This document shows, piece by piece, positions 13,221 to 25,630 of a DNA stretch of 64,000 nucleotides (the first letter of the stretch is position 1; the number at the start of each line of letters is the position of its first letter). The notes under the pieces were generated by a model. The model did not search any database and was not told the origin of the DNA. It saw only the letters and a list, made by a program, of their open reading frames with translations. The position numbers were made by a program, and so were the translations under genes. The stretch is from Stegostoma tigrinum (taxonomy: Eukaryota), in the NCBI RefSeq assembly GCF_030684315.1, contig NC_081362.1, positions 95,773,187-95,837,186 on the forward strand. The letters are read 5' to 3'.

Positions 13221-13566
13221 ACAATACCCATCACTTACCATTGAGCCATCTACATTCTATCCGACAGGCTCGATTATGCTCTGTGCTCAATGTTCCAACC
13301 TGAAACAGTGAAATGTTTCAGAGAATTACATCCCAATTGTTCAGTAGGCCACTTCGCTTGAAGCAATGTGAACATCCACCATGTCCACCGAGGTGCATTT
13401 CTACAGAGGGGGGCTATACTTCATATGGGAGAATAGTGTAGAGAGAGCTTAATTCTGTATCTAACCACGCGTTATTCTTGTCCTGAGAGTGTTTGATGGG
13501 GACAGTGTAGAGAGAGCTTTACCCTGTATCTAACCCCGTGTTATGAAAACCGCAGAGTAAACAGCC

Positions 13567-13962
13567 CAGCACCATTGCAGTCCTAGTTCCAGGCTATTCC
13601 ACAGAACTTGTTCATATTGATGTTTGTCCTTGCACGCTGCGAGGGGACATTGGGATCAGGGATTGGTCTCTTGGAGTTTGGCTGTTGCGCTGAATAAGCT
13701 GAATTTGATGAGCCTGAAGAGTGATGTCAGGTCGTTGTCCTATAGATAGTTCTCCTCGATAGCCCTTGCATGTGTAAGTGCCTGAGGGAGGTGTCTGCAC
13801 TCTTTACTACCTGATGCCATCATTGGCCTGGACACTGTCACTGAAACTGATCCCTTGCTGGTCAACCAAGCTCCATACCGTCATAATGTGTACCAGGAGC
13901 TGCAGCTAAATGACCCTCAGCAGCTATGGACAGAACAACTGAAGATCAGTGCTGAGTTGTGA
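13567..13962 (+). ncRNA. Candidate structured RNA module, copy 2
   Basis: Direct repeat of 5542-5935. The 3' ~220 nt differ at about one position; the 5' part has several substitutions and small indels. Confidence 0.4.
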
Positions 13963-15061
13963 TCACACTGAGGAGACCACTGGAGAGAGAAACTCAGTAG
14001 GCCTGGCAGTATCTGTGGTGAGAGAAACAGAATTCATATTTTACATCCAACAACGCATTTTCACTGCTGAAAGGTCTGAACTCCAGCGATTTTTGGTTTC
14101 CTTTACAATACATGATTTCTGGTTTTAATACTTTATCAGTGTTTCCTCTTATCATACATTGAAGGGTGTTTGTGTCAGCATTTAACTGGGTGGATCCCTC
14201 ATCCCACAGAGATATTGTGCAGACAGATCGTCGAGTACAAATTACAACTGAACAACAGAATCTTTGGGTATGCATCATCTAGTGTCTGTTCCTGGATTTC
14301 TCCAACTCCCCATTCTTCTCCCTCTCTCCCCGTCACTCTCTATCGACACATTATCGTCTCTTTTTCCGTCTTTTCATCTCGTCCTTTTCTGCCTTGTCTT
14401 CCTGTCTCTGCTTTGTTCTCTCTGTCTTTGTGTATATCTTTGTCTTTTATCTCTCGGTTCTTCCTGACTGTCCAAATTCAATCTTTCACTCTGCCCTGTG
14501 TAGGTATCTATGCCTACCCGCAACTTTAACTCTCCAGAGGTATTCTTTCAACAGATTTCGGGATGCTGGAGTTCTGAACCAACCCTCACTTCCCTGAAGA
14601 GCTGTGAGGCTGTGTCTTGGGCTGTGACCTGTTTGGATAGTGGCAGTTTGGGGTGTTTGATTCTGAGCCAAAGCTCTCAGTCTCCATGTTCAATTCTCAA
14701 TCTGCACCTAAGATGATGTTGCAAGTGGTGATTTATCAACTTTTCACTGAACTCATTTGAGTGCGCATGACAATAAAGCAAATGCAGTTCACACCATTGA
14801 TTGGTATGAGGCCAGCTTACAGCCAGCAGCTTAAGCTGAAATATCTCTGACCAACCCCAGGTACTCCCCTCCCCTTCCCATACTCAGTTTATTACTTGGA
14901 GAATTAAGCCAGAGGGACTCATCAGATTTTCAACTGGTATTTTGTTCAATGAGCTAGGTATGGCATAGACTACCAACTGGTGAAGGGTTGGTGGGAGGAG
15001 GGAAATGGTTGAGTGCTGTTTCGCCAATGAGTCCCACAAGACCTGACTTATATCAGCATTG

Positions 15062-15363
15062 GTGATAATGGGAGCTGCAGATGCTGGAGAATACAAGATA
15101 ACAAAGTGTGGAGCTGGATGAACACAGCAGGCCAAGCAGCATCAGAGGAGCACAAAAGCTGACTTTTCGGGCCTAGACCCTTCATCAGAGAGGAGCAGCT
15201 TTTCATGCTGTGGTATAAAGTGCTGTCTGGAATTTGGCATACTTCCACCAGGTGCTATCTCCATCCCCTTTTCTGAAGAAGGGTCTAGGCCCAAGACGTC
15301 AGCTTTTGTGCTCCTGAGATGCTGCTTGGCCTGCTGTGTTCATCCAGCTTCACACTTTGTTAT
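15062..15363. mobile_element. Palindromic Penelope terminal-repeat mini-element
   Basis: Inverted arms, each with a hammerhead-like motif; 15-bp TSD cttatatcagcattg (15047, 15364). Confidence 0.8.
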
Positions 15364-15589
15364 CTTATATCAGCATTGCCTGAGTTTCCCCTCCCACTCG
15401 GGGACAGTGCACCCAGTGGCCTTCCCATAGCTTTGATCCCAGGTGACAGCAATACTGAACAAGTCAGATCTCCGTGTGATAATCAGCTGGAAAAATCTTT
15501 TATCTTTTATTTTAGTTTTTCTTTTAGTTCATGTTTTGCAGTCGATTGCCACAATGATTAGTCACTGAAATATACACAGATAAGGCTGC

Positions 15590-15855
15590 AGATAGATTTA
15601 AGACGGATGTCAGAGGCAGGTGCTTTACTCAGAGAGTGGTAAGGGTGTGGAACGCCCTGCCTGCCAATGTAGTTAACTCAGCCACATTAGGGGCATTTAA
15701 ACAGTCCTTGAATAAGCAGATGGATAATGATGGGATAGTGTAGGGGGAGGGGCTTAGATTAGTTCACAGGTCGGTGCAACATCGAGGGCTGAAGGGCTTG
15801 TTCTGCGCTGTGTTGTTCTATGTTCTATGTTCTATGTTTATTGTTCTATGTTCTT
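15590..15855 (+). mobile_element. CR1 3' end
   Basis: DVRGR.FTQRVVRVWNALP motif and TTCTATG tail. Confidence 0.85.
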
Positions 15856-16489
15856 TAACAACAGAAGTCAAGCTTTTTATACAGAAGGGAAAGAAAGAAA
15901 AAAAAAACAGGCAACACTACAGGAGAGAAAAGTATGTTCAAAAGATCTTAGCATAAACATCCAAATGGAGCTCAAGTTGTTTCCTAGCCCTATCTGTTTC
16001 TGAGACACAGAGACACAGACCTGTCTCAGTGTGCTATATCTGATGAAGGGTCTAGGCCCGCAACTTTCCTGTGCCTCTGATGCTGCTTGGCCTGCTGTGT
16101 TCATCCAGCTCCACATTTCGTTATCTCTGATTCTCCAGCAACTGCAGTTCCTACTATGTCTGATGCCATATCTATAACTTGTTTCCTAACACTATCTGCT
16201 CCTGAGACACAGAGACACAGGCCTGTCTCAGCATGCTATATCTGCTTAACCGACACTTTCTAGTTTCCTTTTCATGGACATTGGACACATTTCTCCGATT
16301 ATTTACTGAGATCAACGGCATAAACCTTTCATTATTCTGTTGTTGTAAACACTTCCACCTCAAACAATCTGCAGATTTTGATCAAAGCTCTCCTGGCTTG
16401 CAATCTCCACAGACTAGAATCTACATCTGCTGCTCCAAACTGAGCTAAAATACTTGGTTGCCCTGTTCAGAGAAAATCTATTATAAAGT

Positions 16490-17450
16490 CATAGAGTAAT
16501 ACACCATGGAAACATGCCCTTCGACCCAAAACTGGGCCATGCTGACCATGGTAACCACTCAGCTAATTCCAATCACCTGCATTTGGCCCATATCCCTCTG
16601 AATGCTTCCCATCCATATGCTAATCAAGTTTTTTCTTAAATGTTGCTATTGTACCTGCCTCAGCCACTTTCTCTGGCAGCTCATTCCACATACGCACCAC
16701 TGTCAGTGTGAAGATATTGCCCTTCTTCTTAAATCTTACCCCTCTCACCTTAATCCTATGCCCTCTAGTTTTCAATTCCCCATCCCTGGAAAACAGACGA
16801 TATCCATTCATCATATCTATGCCCTTCATGATTTTATACATGTCAATAACATCAACCCTCATTCTCCTATGTACCAAGGAATAAAGCCCTATCCTGACCA
16901 ATCACTCCTTATAACTCAGGGCTACCAGACCTGACAACATCCTCATAAATCTTCTTTGCCTACTTTCCAGTTTAACTGTGTCTTTCCTATAACAGGGTGA
17001 CCAAAACTGTACACAATTCTCTAGGCGCAGCCTCACCAATGATGGAAACAACTGTAACATAATGTCCCAACTCCTATGCTCAATGCCTTGACCGATGAAG
17101 GCCAGCATGCTAAATTCCTTCTTCACTGCTCTATCTACCTGTGTCGCTGCCTTCAATGAAATATGTACTTGTACTCCTAGGTTCCACAACTCGCCCCGGG
17201 ACCTTACCATTCACTGTATAAGTCCTATCTTGGTTTGACTTTCCAAAGTGCAACACCTCACACAGGTATCTGTACTGAATTGTATTTGCTGGTCCTCAGC
17301 CCCTTCCCCATCTGATCAAGATCCCTCTTTAATTTTTGATAACCTTCCTCACTATCAACAATATCTCCTATCTTTGTTTCATCATCAAACTTACTAATCA
17401 TGCCTTGTACATTCACATCCAGATCATTTATGTAAGTAACAAATAACCCT
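16490..17450 (-). mobile_element. CR1 LINE fragment
   Basis: LGVQVH.SLK, LENCVQFWSP and WNELP motifs on the minus strand. Confidence 0.85.
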
Positions 17451-17546
17451 ATCTTCCTCTAAACTCAACCTTCTGTTTTGTAAAGACCGCAACAGTTTGT
17501 TTAGCTTTAATTTTGGTCATGAGCTGAATTGGAAACAGGACTGACC

Positions 17547-17790
17547 GGCACGGTGGCTCAGTGGTTTAGCACTGCTGCCTCACAGCACCAAGGACCCAGA
17601 TTTGATTCCACCCTCGGTCGACTGTCTTTATGGAGTTTGCACATTCTCCCCATGTCTGTGTGGGTTTCCTCCGCGTGCTTCAGTTTCCTTCCACAGTCCA
17701 AAGATGTGCACATTAGGTGAATTGGCTATGCCAAATTGCCCACGGTTAGGTGGATTAGCCACGGAAAATGCAGAGCAGGGTAGGCGGGTG
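17547..17790 (+). mobile_element. HE1-like V-SINE
   Basis: ggcacggtggctcagtggtttagcactgctgcctcacagc head and ggagtttgcacattctcccc...gggtttcctcc V-domain. Confidence 0.85.
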
Positions 17791-18939
17791 GTGGTGGGTG
17801 GGGGGGGGCAGCGTTTGCGGGCGGGATGGGTCTCAGACTGGGGACTTGTTGGGCTGGCCCTAGTTCTAGCCTGGAGGTGTCAAATGTTAAACAATTTCCT
17901 ACTCATCCTACAGAGCAACTTCACATTTTCCGACATTAACTCTGTTTGCCCACTTTTCACCCACTTATGTAACCTATCAATATCTTTCTGTAAGCTGTCT
18001 GCATCCCTCTAACAACTTCTGTTTTTGTCTAAAGTACATTCACTTCCTTCCTCTCAGTCATTAGTGTAAACTGTAAATAATTGCAGTTCCAGCACCAATC
18101 CCTGTGGAACTCTACAGAAACACTTACCCATTCCCCATACAATTGAAACCTCCATTCCTATTTCATTCCCACATGTTTTGCTCCCGTCCTGTGCAGCAGA
18201 GCTAACTGTGGTCTAACAGATTTGGCTGTTGCTGTTTTCCCCTGAGAGGCCATTCTGCTCAAAACTGGCCAAATTGGTTTATCTGTTTCTCAGGGGAATG
18301 GCAACAGGGAATTCCTGCTGTGCCTGCCTGGTCCTCTGACACTGCCTGGTGTTCACTCATTCCCTTTCCGCCAGTGGAGTGTTAGCTTGCAGTGTGACCA
18401 CCTCTCTGTACTATCCGCCTTTGTGGATGCTCCACAGTATCTCCTGCCTCCCCTTCAGCTCTGAATTCCAGGATTGCGGCATCCTGGGCACACGCTGTTC
18501 CCAGCCACTGGGAACGTTCCCGGCTTCCCACAGGGAGCAAGAGGAGCCCACCATGGTTCAGAACTCTGCTTTAAAATTAAATAAAATTCATGACTTGAGG
18601 ACCTCTGCACGATTGTCCTTAGAAAGCATAATCCTGAAATAAAGACCTTATAATCTTTAAATGATAAAAGTGGTAAAATGACTTCACAGTCTTTCTCACG
18701 CCATCAGCCCGGAGTCATATTTAAAATCCCGACATCGCATCAGGAGTTCTGTCTTTGGAATTGGTGAAGACTCGCTTCATTCTGCTCTACTCCCACTGCT
18801 ACTCCCTCTGGGCCTTGCACCTCAGGCTTCTATCAGGGTGCTCCACAGCTGCTGTCCAACCTCAGATTCACTTCTCTTGCTGCTTCAACTGGTTTCATCA
18901 TGATGCTGACTGCAGGACACCTTCCCAGACTGCTTCATA

Positions 18940-20250
18940 AGAACGTGAGAAATGGGAGCAGGAGTAGGCTGTCTGGCCCATCGAGCCTGCTCCACCATTC
19001 AAGAAGATCATGGCTGATCTCCTTGTAGACTCAGCTCCACTCACCTACCCGCTCACCATAACCTTCAGTTCCTGTACTGTTCAAAAATCTGCCGATCTTT
19101 GCCTTCAAAACATTCAATGAGATATCCTCAACTGCTTCACTGGGCAGGGGATTCCACAGATTCACACCCCTTTGGGTGAAGATGTTACTCCTCAACCGAG
19201 TCCTAAACCTGCTCCCCCATATTTTCAGGCTATGCCCCCTAGTTCTAGTTTCATATGCCAGTGAAATAACCTCCCTGCTTCTATCTTATCTATTCCCTTC
19301 AAAATTTGATATTTTTCTATTAGATCCATCCTCATTCTCCTAAACTACAATAAGCGTAGTCCCAGTCTACTCAATCCCTCCTTATAAGGCAACCTTCTCA
19401 ATTTTGGAATCAACCTAATGAAACCCCTCCTCACACCCTCCAGTATCAAGTAAGGCACCAAAACGGTACACAATACTCCAGGTGTGGTCTCACCAGCCTC
19501 CTATACAGCTGTAGCATAGCCTCCCTGTTTTAAACCCCATCCCTTTAACAATGAAGGACAATATTCCATCTGTCTTCTTAACTTGCAAATCAATTTTTTG
19601 TGATTTATGCACAAGGACACCCAGGTGCCTCTGCATGGCAGCATGCTGCAATTTTTCACCATTTACACAATAGTCCCTTTAGCTAATATTCTTACCAAAA
19701 TGGATGACTTCACATTTATCAACATTGTATTCTATCTGCCAGATCCTGGCCCACTTATTTAGTTTCTCTACATCCCTCTGTAGACACTATGTCTCTGCAC
19801 TCTTTGCTCTCAGACTCACTTTTGAGTTATGTGTGAATTTTGACACACTACACTTGGTCCCCAACTCTAAATCATCTCTGTAAATTGTAAACAATTACGG
19901 TCCCAACACTGTTCCCTGAGGCACACCACTAGCCACTCACCGCCAACCAGAAAAACACTCATTTCTCCCAACTTTTTGCATTCCATTAGTTACCCAATCG
20001 TCTATCTATGCTAATATATCGCCTGACACTTTGCATCTTTATCTGATGCAGCAGTCTTTTGTGTGGCATCTTGTCTGCCTTCCGGAAATCCAGATACACT
20101 ATGCTCACCGTGCCCATAATGTCCTCAAAGAATTCTAGTAAATTAATTAAACATGACCTGCCATTCCTGAACCTATGCTGTGTCTGCCCAATGGGACAAT
20201 TTATATCCAATTGTCCTGCTATTTCTTCTTTGATTATAGATTGAAGCATT
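18940..20250 (-). mobile_element. CR1 LINE fragment
   Basis: GRSCLINLLEFFE, VYLDFRKA and a CR1 3' tail on the minus strand. Confidence 0.85.
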
Positions 20251-20560
20251 CCTCCCATTAGAAAAGGGCCCTGACCCGAAACGTCAACTTTCCTGCTCCT
20301 CTGATGCTGCCTGGCCTGCTGTGTTCCTCCAGCTCCACAGTATGTTATCACTGACTCCAGCGTGAGTAGTTCTTACTATCTCTGCTGTCATCAATCCTCT
20401 TTGTTACTTCTTCAAAAGACTCAATCAAGTTAGTTTGACACCATTTCCCATGCACACAGCCATGTTGACAATTTGATGCACTGAATACCTTTATTGTGTG
20501 CTCAGTACTGTATGGTATCGATAATTTATAATGCGCACACAGCATTGCTTTTACTTTCAG

Positions 20561-21772
20561 GTATCAATTGCTGGTATTAGATTCTTTGCATGGTATAATT
20601 CAACAGATGTTAAACACCTGATAAGCACATATCATCGTGGTGGGTTTTCTGTTCTTCAATCAGAGTTCGAGAAAAAAAAACACATTTGAAAATGTGAAGA
20701 TTGATATTGCAGTGATGCGTGCAACAGGTGTAGGGTAATCAACATTAGTTAACGCACTGAGAGACATGGATATCAATGATAAAGATGCAGCTCCCATTGA
20801 TGTTGTAGAAGCCACAATGGAACCCAAATACTATGCACACCCCACTGTACCCAACATGATGTGCTGGGACTCCCACAGAATCAGCTCAGTTAACTTTGAA
20901 GTTAAGAAGTTCCTCAAAGAGACCAAGTTTTCAGCTTTCGACTTTAGTTTAATTGTTTCTGATCTCTGCTTCAGAGAAGAAGATGAAATCCTGGCCAAAG
21001 CGATGAAGAAGCCAGGTAAACTGATCTTCTTTGAGCGTTCAAAGATTGACCAATCTCTCTCATCTGAGGGAAAGAAACACCTTTACAGCAAAGAACGAGT
21101 TCTTCAGAAAATCAGGAATTATTGTTCTAACTCATTGGTCACAATGGGTATGAAAGATGAACATGTCTTTCTCATATCATGTGACAATCTGGATAAGTGT
21201 GAATTCCCTAAATTATGCCGTGCTTTCGACGCTGTCCTACCAGAAACAAAGAAGAATGTGTTTTTTGCTGTCTCTACCAAAGAGACCCATAGATGTTATT
21301 GAAAAGAAACAGGAAGGCCTGAAGATATTCATGAATGAGATTGCTGCAGCCTCTGCAGGCTGTGGTGCCATTCCTATTGCAGAGGTATCCTATGTCTGTG
21401 ACCTGGCCCTGATTTCCTCCACACTGCTGTTCATGCATACAGTTCTGTGTCTGAATGTCTCTGCAATGAAAAGGCTGACTCTGTTGGGTGGGAAGATCTG
21501 TGACTGACCTGCAAGCTAACATTGAGGACACATGAATGTTTGGAGAGATGAATCCAAAACTTGGTGTGGAGGTTACTGATGCAGAACACCACCACCATCA
21601 CGTCCCAGTCTTTGGCATAATCTTTGGGATAACCTCATCTTCTTATGTAACCTGCACCATACTGACTCAGGCACTAAAGGATATGTTGAAAACTGCAAAA
21701 ACAGTCCTTAAGAATGCCAAACGGTCTTGTTTAAATCATCTGCACCAGGCAAGGAGAAACAGGAATACATAA
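20561..21772 (+). pseudogene. Immunity-related GTPase (IRG/IIGP, IRGC-like) pseudogene, single long exon
   Basis: Translates as VKIDIAVMRATGVG*STLVNALRD...AAP...YAHP...WD...RSKID...FLIS...LLSLP...AAASAGCGAIP, the IRG motif order. The P-loop Lys is a TAA stop (20736-20738) and G3 WDLPG is degraded to WDSHR. There are frameshifts in the A-run (~20675) and the T-run (~21265), plus a stop at 21505-21507. A splice acceptor ttactttcag ends at 20560. Confidence 0.9.
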
Positions 21773-22779
21773 TATACTGCTGTTGCAGACATATCGCAGT
21801 TAATCCCTGTCCTCACTACTTGCTCCTCACCATTCTGAGTCCCTGTTACTCATCATTCTTGGTGTTTGCGCTCAGAAACAGTTAGAGGCACTGGCTACTG
21901 CAAAGACTACAGGACCTGAACAAAATCATCAACAAAGCCTTCACAGCATGAACTCAGTCCATCTTCTTCTATTTTGAAAAAATTCTAAACCCCGTGATAT
22001 TAATAATCACAACATATGCAAAACACCACGAGTCCTTCACTGATCAAATATTAAAATCCATTTTTCTTCTCTCTATAGGCTCAGTTTTCAAATGTTAAAA
22101 ACCATCTAACATTCCTCCCTCCCTCTTCTGAACTGGAGTCGGATCAACTTGGCAGAGATTTCATTTGCAATATGTGAGCAATGCAAGCAACAGACTATAG
22201 ACTCACGTGTAGGAGGTCCATTGGTCACTGGGAATAACACTGTTTTGGGGTGTACCTAATGCTGTGTTCAGAGATATACACTCCATATTGCTGCCTTAAT
22301 GTGAAACATGTCCACATCCTACCCGACGTCCACAGGTGCATCATGTTCCTGCTCTTGTAGTCACTGTGTTTACATGACAAGTCAAGTTCAGTTTCTGGTC
22401 AATGGTTACTCCCAGGATAGTGGGGAATTCAATGATAGTAATACCAACAAACGTTAAGGGGTGTTGGTTAAATTTTCTCTTATTGGGGATCGTAATTGGC
22501 TGGCATTTAGGTGGCACAAGTATGGTTTTTGCTGCCTGTCAGCCAAAGCCTGGATATTGTCTGGATCTTGTTACATTTGGACTTGGGCTGCTTCGGTGTC
22601 TGCGTCACGAACAGTGCTGAACGTTGTGTTACATTTGGGATGGGGTGGTGATGGCCTAGTTGTATTGTCAGTGGACTGTTAATTCAGAGTCAGGTAACAT
22701 TCTGGGGATGCAGGACTGAATCCTGTCGTGGCACATGGTGGAATTTCAATTCAATTAAAAAACAATCTGGAATTAAGAG

Positions 22780-23230
22780 ATAATGGGAACTGCAGATGCT
22801 GGAGAATTCCAAGATAATAAAATGTGAGGCTGGATGAACACAGCAGGCCAAGCAGCATCTCAGGAGCACAAAAGCTGACGTTTCGGGCCTAGACCCTTCA
22901 TCAGAGAGGGGGATGGGGAGAGGGAACTGGAATAAATAGGGAGAGAGGGGGAGGCGGACCGAAGATGGAGAGTAAAGAAGATAGGTGGAGAGAGTATAGG
23001 TGGGGAGGTAGGGAGGGGATAGGTCAGTCCAGGGAAGACGGACAGGTCAAGGAGGTGGGATGAGGTTAGTAGGTAGATGGGGGTGCGGCTTGGGGTGGGA
23101 GGAAGGGATGGGTGAGAGGAAGAACCGGTTAGGGAGGCAGAGACAGGTTGGACTGGTTTTGGGATGCAGTGGGTGGGGGGGAAGAGCTGGGCTGGTTGTG
23201 TGGTGCAGTGGGGGGAGGGGACGAACTGGG
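22780..23230 (-). mobile_element. Penelope terminal repeat inserted in a Deu-type SINE
   Basis: 13-bp TSD ctggaattaagag (22767, 23231). The host SINE continues on both sides (22645-23640). Confidence 0.85.
22875..22906 (-). ncRNA. Minimal type I hammerhead ribozyme motif in Penelope terminal repeat
   Basis: Minus strand reads CU-CUGAUGA-A-GGG(UCUAGG)CCC-GAAA-CG-UC-AG. This gives the core, a short stem II, a palindromic ACGU stem III and a UC cleavage site. Confidence 0.7.
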
Positions 23231-23724
23231 CTGGAATTAAGAGCCTAATAACATTCCTAAAACTGTTGCCAATTGTTGGGGAAATCCCATCTCGTTCACT
23301 AATATGATTTTTAGGGAAGGACATCTGTCATCCTTAATCAAAGCAGCGAGAACTGTGGATGCTGTAAATCAGGAATGAAAACAAAGTTGCTGGAAAAGCT
23401 CAGCAGGTCTGGCAGCATCTGTGAAGGAAAAGATTGAGTTAACACTTTGGTTCCGGTGACCCTCCCTCTGAGGGCCCGAAATGTTAACTCAATCTTTTCC
23501 TTCACAATCTGTCATCCTTACCTGATCTGTCCTACATGTGACTCCAGACCCACAGCAATGTTGTCGACTCTTAACAGTTAGGGATGTGCACTAAATGCTT
23601 GCCTAGCCAATGATGCCCATGTCCTGTGAATGAAGAAAGAAGAATCAACGAAGATCCCCATTTCTAACCTTATGATAGAAGGAAGGGCATTAATGAAGCA
23701 GCTGAAGGTGGTTGGGTGTTCATC

Positions 23725-23990
23725 ATAGAATCCCTACAGTATAGTAACAGGCCATTTGGCCCATTGAGTTCACACCAACCCTCCCGCCCAGCCCCATCCC
23801 TGTAAACCTGCATTTTACATGGCCATCTACCTGGCCTGGACATCTTTGGACCGTGGGACGAAACTGGAGCACCTGAAGGAAACCCGCACAGACACAGGGA
23901 GCACGTGCAAACTCCACATGGACAGATGCCTGAGGCTGGCATTGACCCCAGATCCCTGGTGCTGTGAAGCAACAGTGCTAGCCACAGGCC
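23725..23990 (-). mobile_element. HE1-like V-SINE
   Basis: Reverse complement of the HE1 head and V-domain. Confidence 0.8.
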
Positions 23991-24489
23991 CACAGTCAGA
24001 CTCTGTTTAATTTATGCTATATATTCCAGTAATGGGGAGCTTGGATGTTGTGACTATAGGATGTTGACTGGTCAGGCACATTCTGCTTGTTGTCTTGTAC
24101 ATACTGCACCCAATTTGTGTGCCCCCATGCCCAGTCAGGTGCACTGAGGGTGCCAGCTCTATTGAGCTGTATTTTCTGACATCACATCGTGTAAACAATT
24201 GTCTCCTGACATCAGCACATTATTATGCTGGTGCAGCCAGTGCTGACACTGTGTAAACACACACTTTCTTTGGACGGTAAAATGGATTTCCAAGTGACAG
24301 TACAGCACTGGATTCATGTGATTTGCACAGGCTGTGGCTCAGAGAGCTCAGGTTTACATAGACTGAATCGTTTCCTGTGAAGCAGGCCCCCTGGTACCAC
24401 CTAAGCAGGGAAATGAATCGTTTCATCTTCCTGTTTATCAATCTGATCACCCCTCCACATCACACCGATAGCTCAAATATTGGTGAGAA

Positions 24490-24863
24490 AATGTCACTGT
24501 GTGAGGGTGGTGTCACTGTGTGTGCAAGGGTGTGCTGCTGTATGTGTGTCCCGATTGTGTGTGAGGGCGTCTTGCTCTGTGTGTGTGAGGTTGTGTCGCT
24601 GTGTGTGATGATGAGCAATGTCACTGTGTATATGTGAGGGTGTGTTGCTGTGTGTCCCTGAGTGTGTGTGAGGGTGCTTTGCTCTGTGTGTGTGAGGTTG
24701 CGTCATCATGTGTGACGATGAGCAATGTCACTGTGTGTGTGAGGGCGTGTGGCTGTGTGTGTGTCCCTGAGTGCATGTGAGGGTGCGTCACCGTGTTTGA
24801 CGATGAGCAATGCCACTGTGTGTGTGTGAGGGTATGCTGCGGTGTGTGTGTGAGGGTGTGCTG

Positions 24864-24947
<84 letters not shown>

Positions 24948-25630
24948 GTGCGCTGCTGTGTGTGTGTGAGGGTGTGTTACCATGTGTGACGATGAGCAAT
25001 GTCACTGTGTGTGTGTGAGGGAGTGTTACTCTATGTGTGTCCTGAGTGTGTGCGAGAGTGTGTCACCATGTGTGACGATGAGCAATGTCACTGTGTGTGT
25101 GTGAGGGTGTGTCACTGTGTGTGCATCACTGTGTGTGTGTGACGGTGTGTTGTTGTGTGTGTGTCCCTGAGTGTGTGTGAGGGTGTGTTGCTCTGTGTGT
25201 GTGAGGGTGTGTCACCATGTGTGACGATGAGCAATGTCACTGTGTGTGTATGAGGGTCTGCTGCTGTGTGTGTATCACTGTGTGTGTGTGAGGGACGATG
25301 AGCTATGTCACTGTGTGTGTGTATGTGTGAGGGTGTATTGCTCTGAGTGTGTGAGGGTGTGTCGCTGTGTGTGACGATGAGCAATGTCACTATGTGTGTG
25401 TGAGGATGTGTCAATGTGTCACTGTGTGTGTCACTGTGTGTGTATGAGGCTGTATGTGACGATGAGCAATGCCACTGTGCATGTGTCACTGAGTGTATAT
25501 GAAATATGTATGCCTGTAGATGTAAGCAAGTGTTTACATGATTGGACGGGTGTGATTGTAAGGGTGTGGCAGTGTGTAGGTGTGAGTATAGGGAGTCACA
25601 GTGTGAGTGTGTGGGCGTGAAAATGTGTGG
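24490..25630. repeat. GT-rich compound satellite with recurrent 20-bp unit gtgacgatgagcaatgtcac
   Basis: Pure (GT)n at ~24866-24943 and nine copies of the 20-mer. Confidence 0.95.

Noticed and set aside
14164-14267. Possible small + strand exon
   Set aside because: Weak acceptor, no recognisable protein similarity and no partner exons.
24604-25476. CRISPR array
   Set aside because: Eukaryotic context, no cas genes, and spacers are low-complexity GT sequence of very unequal length.
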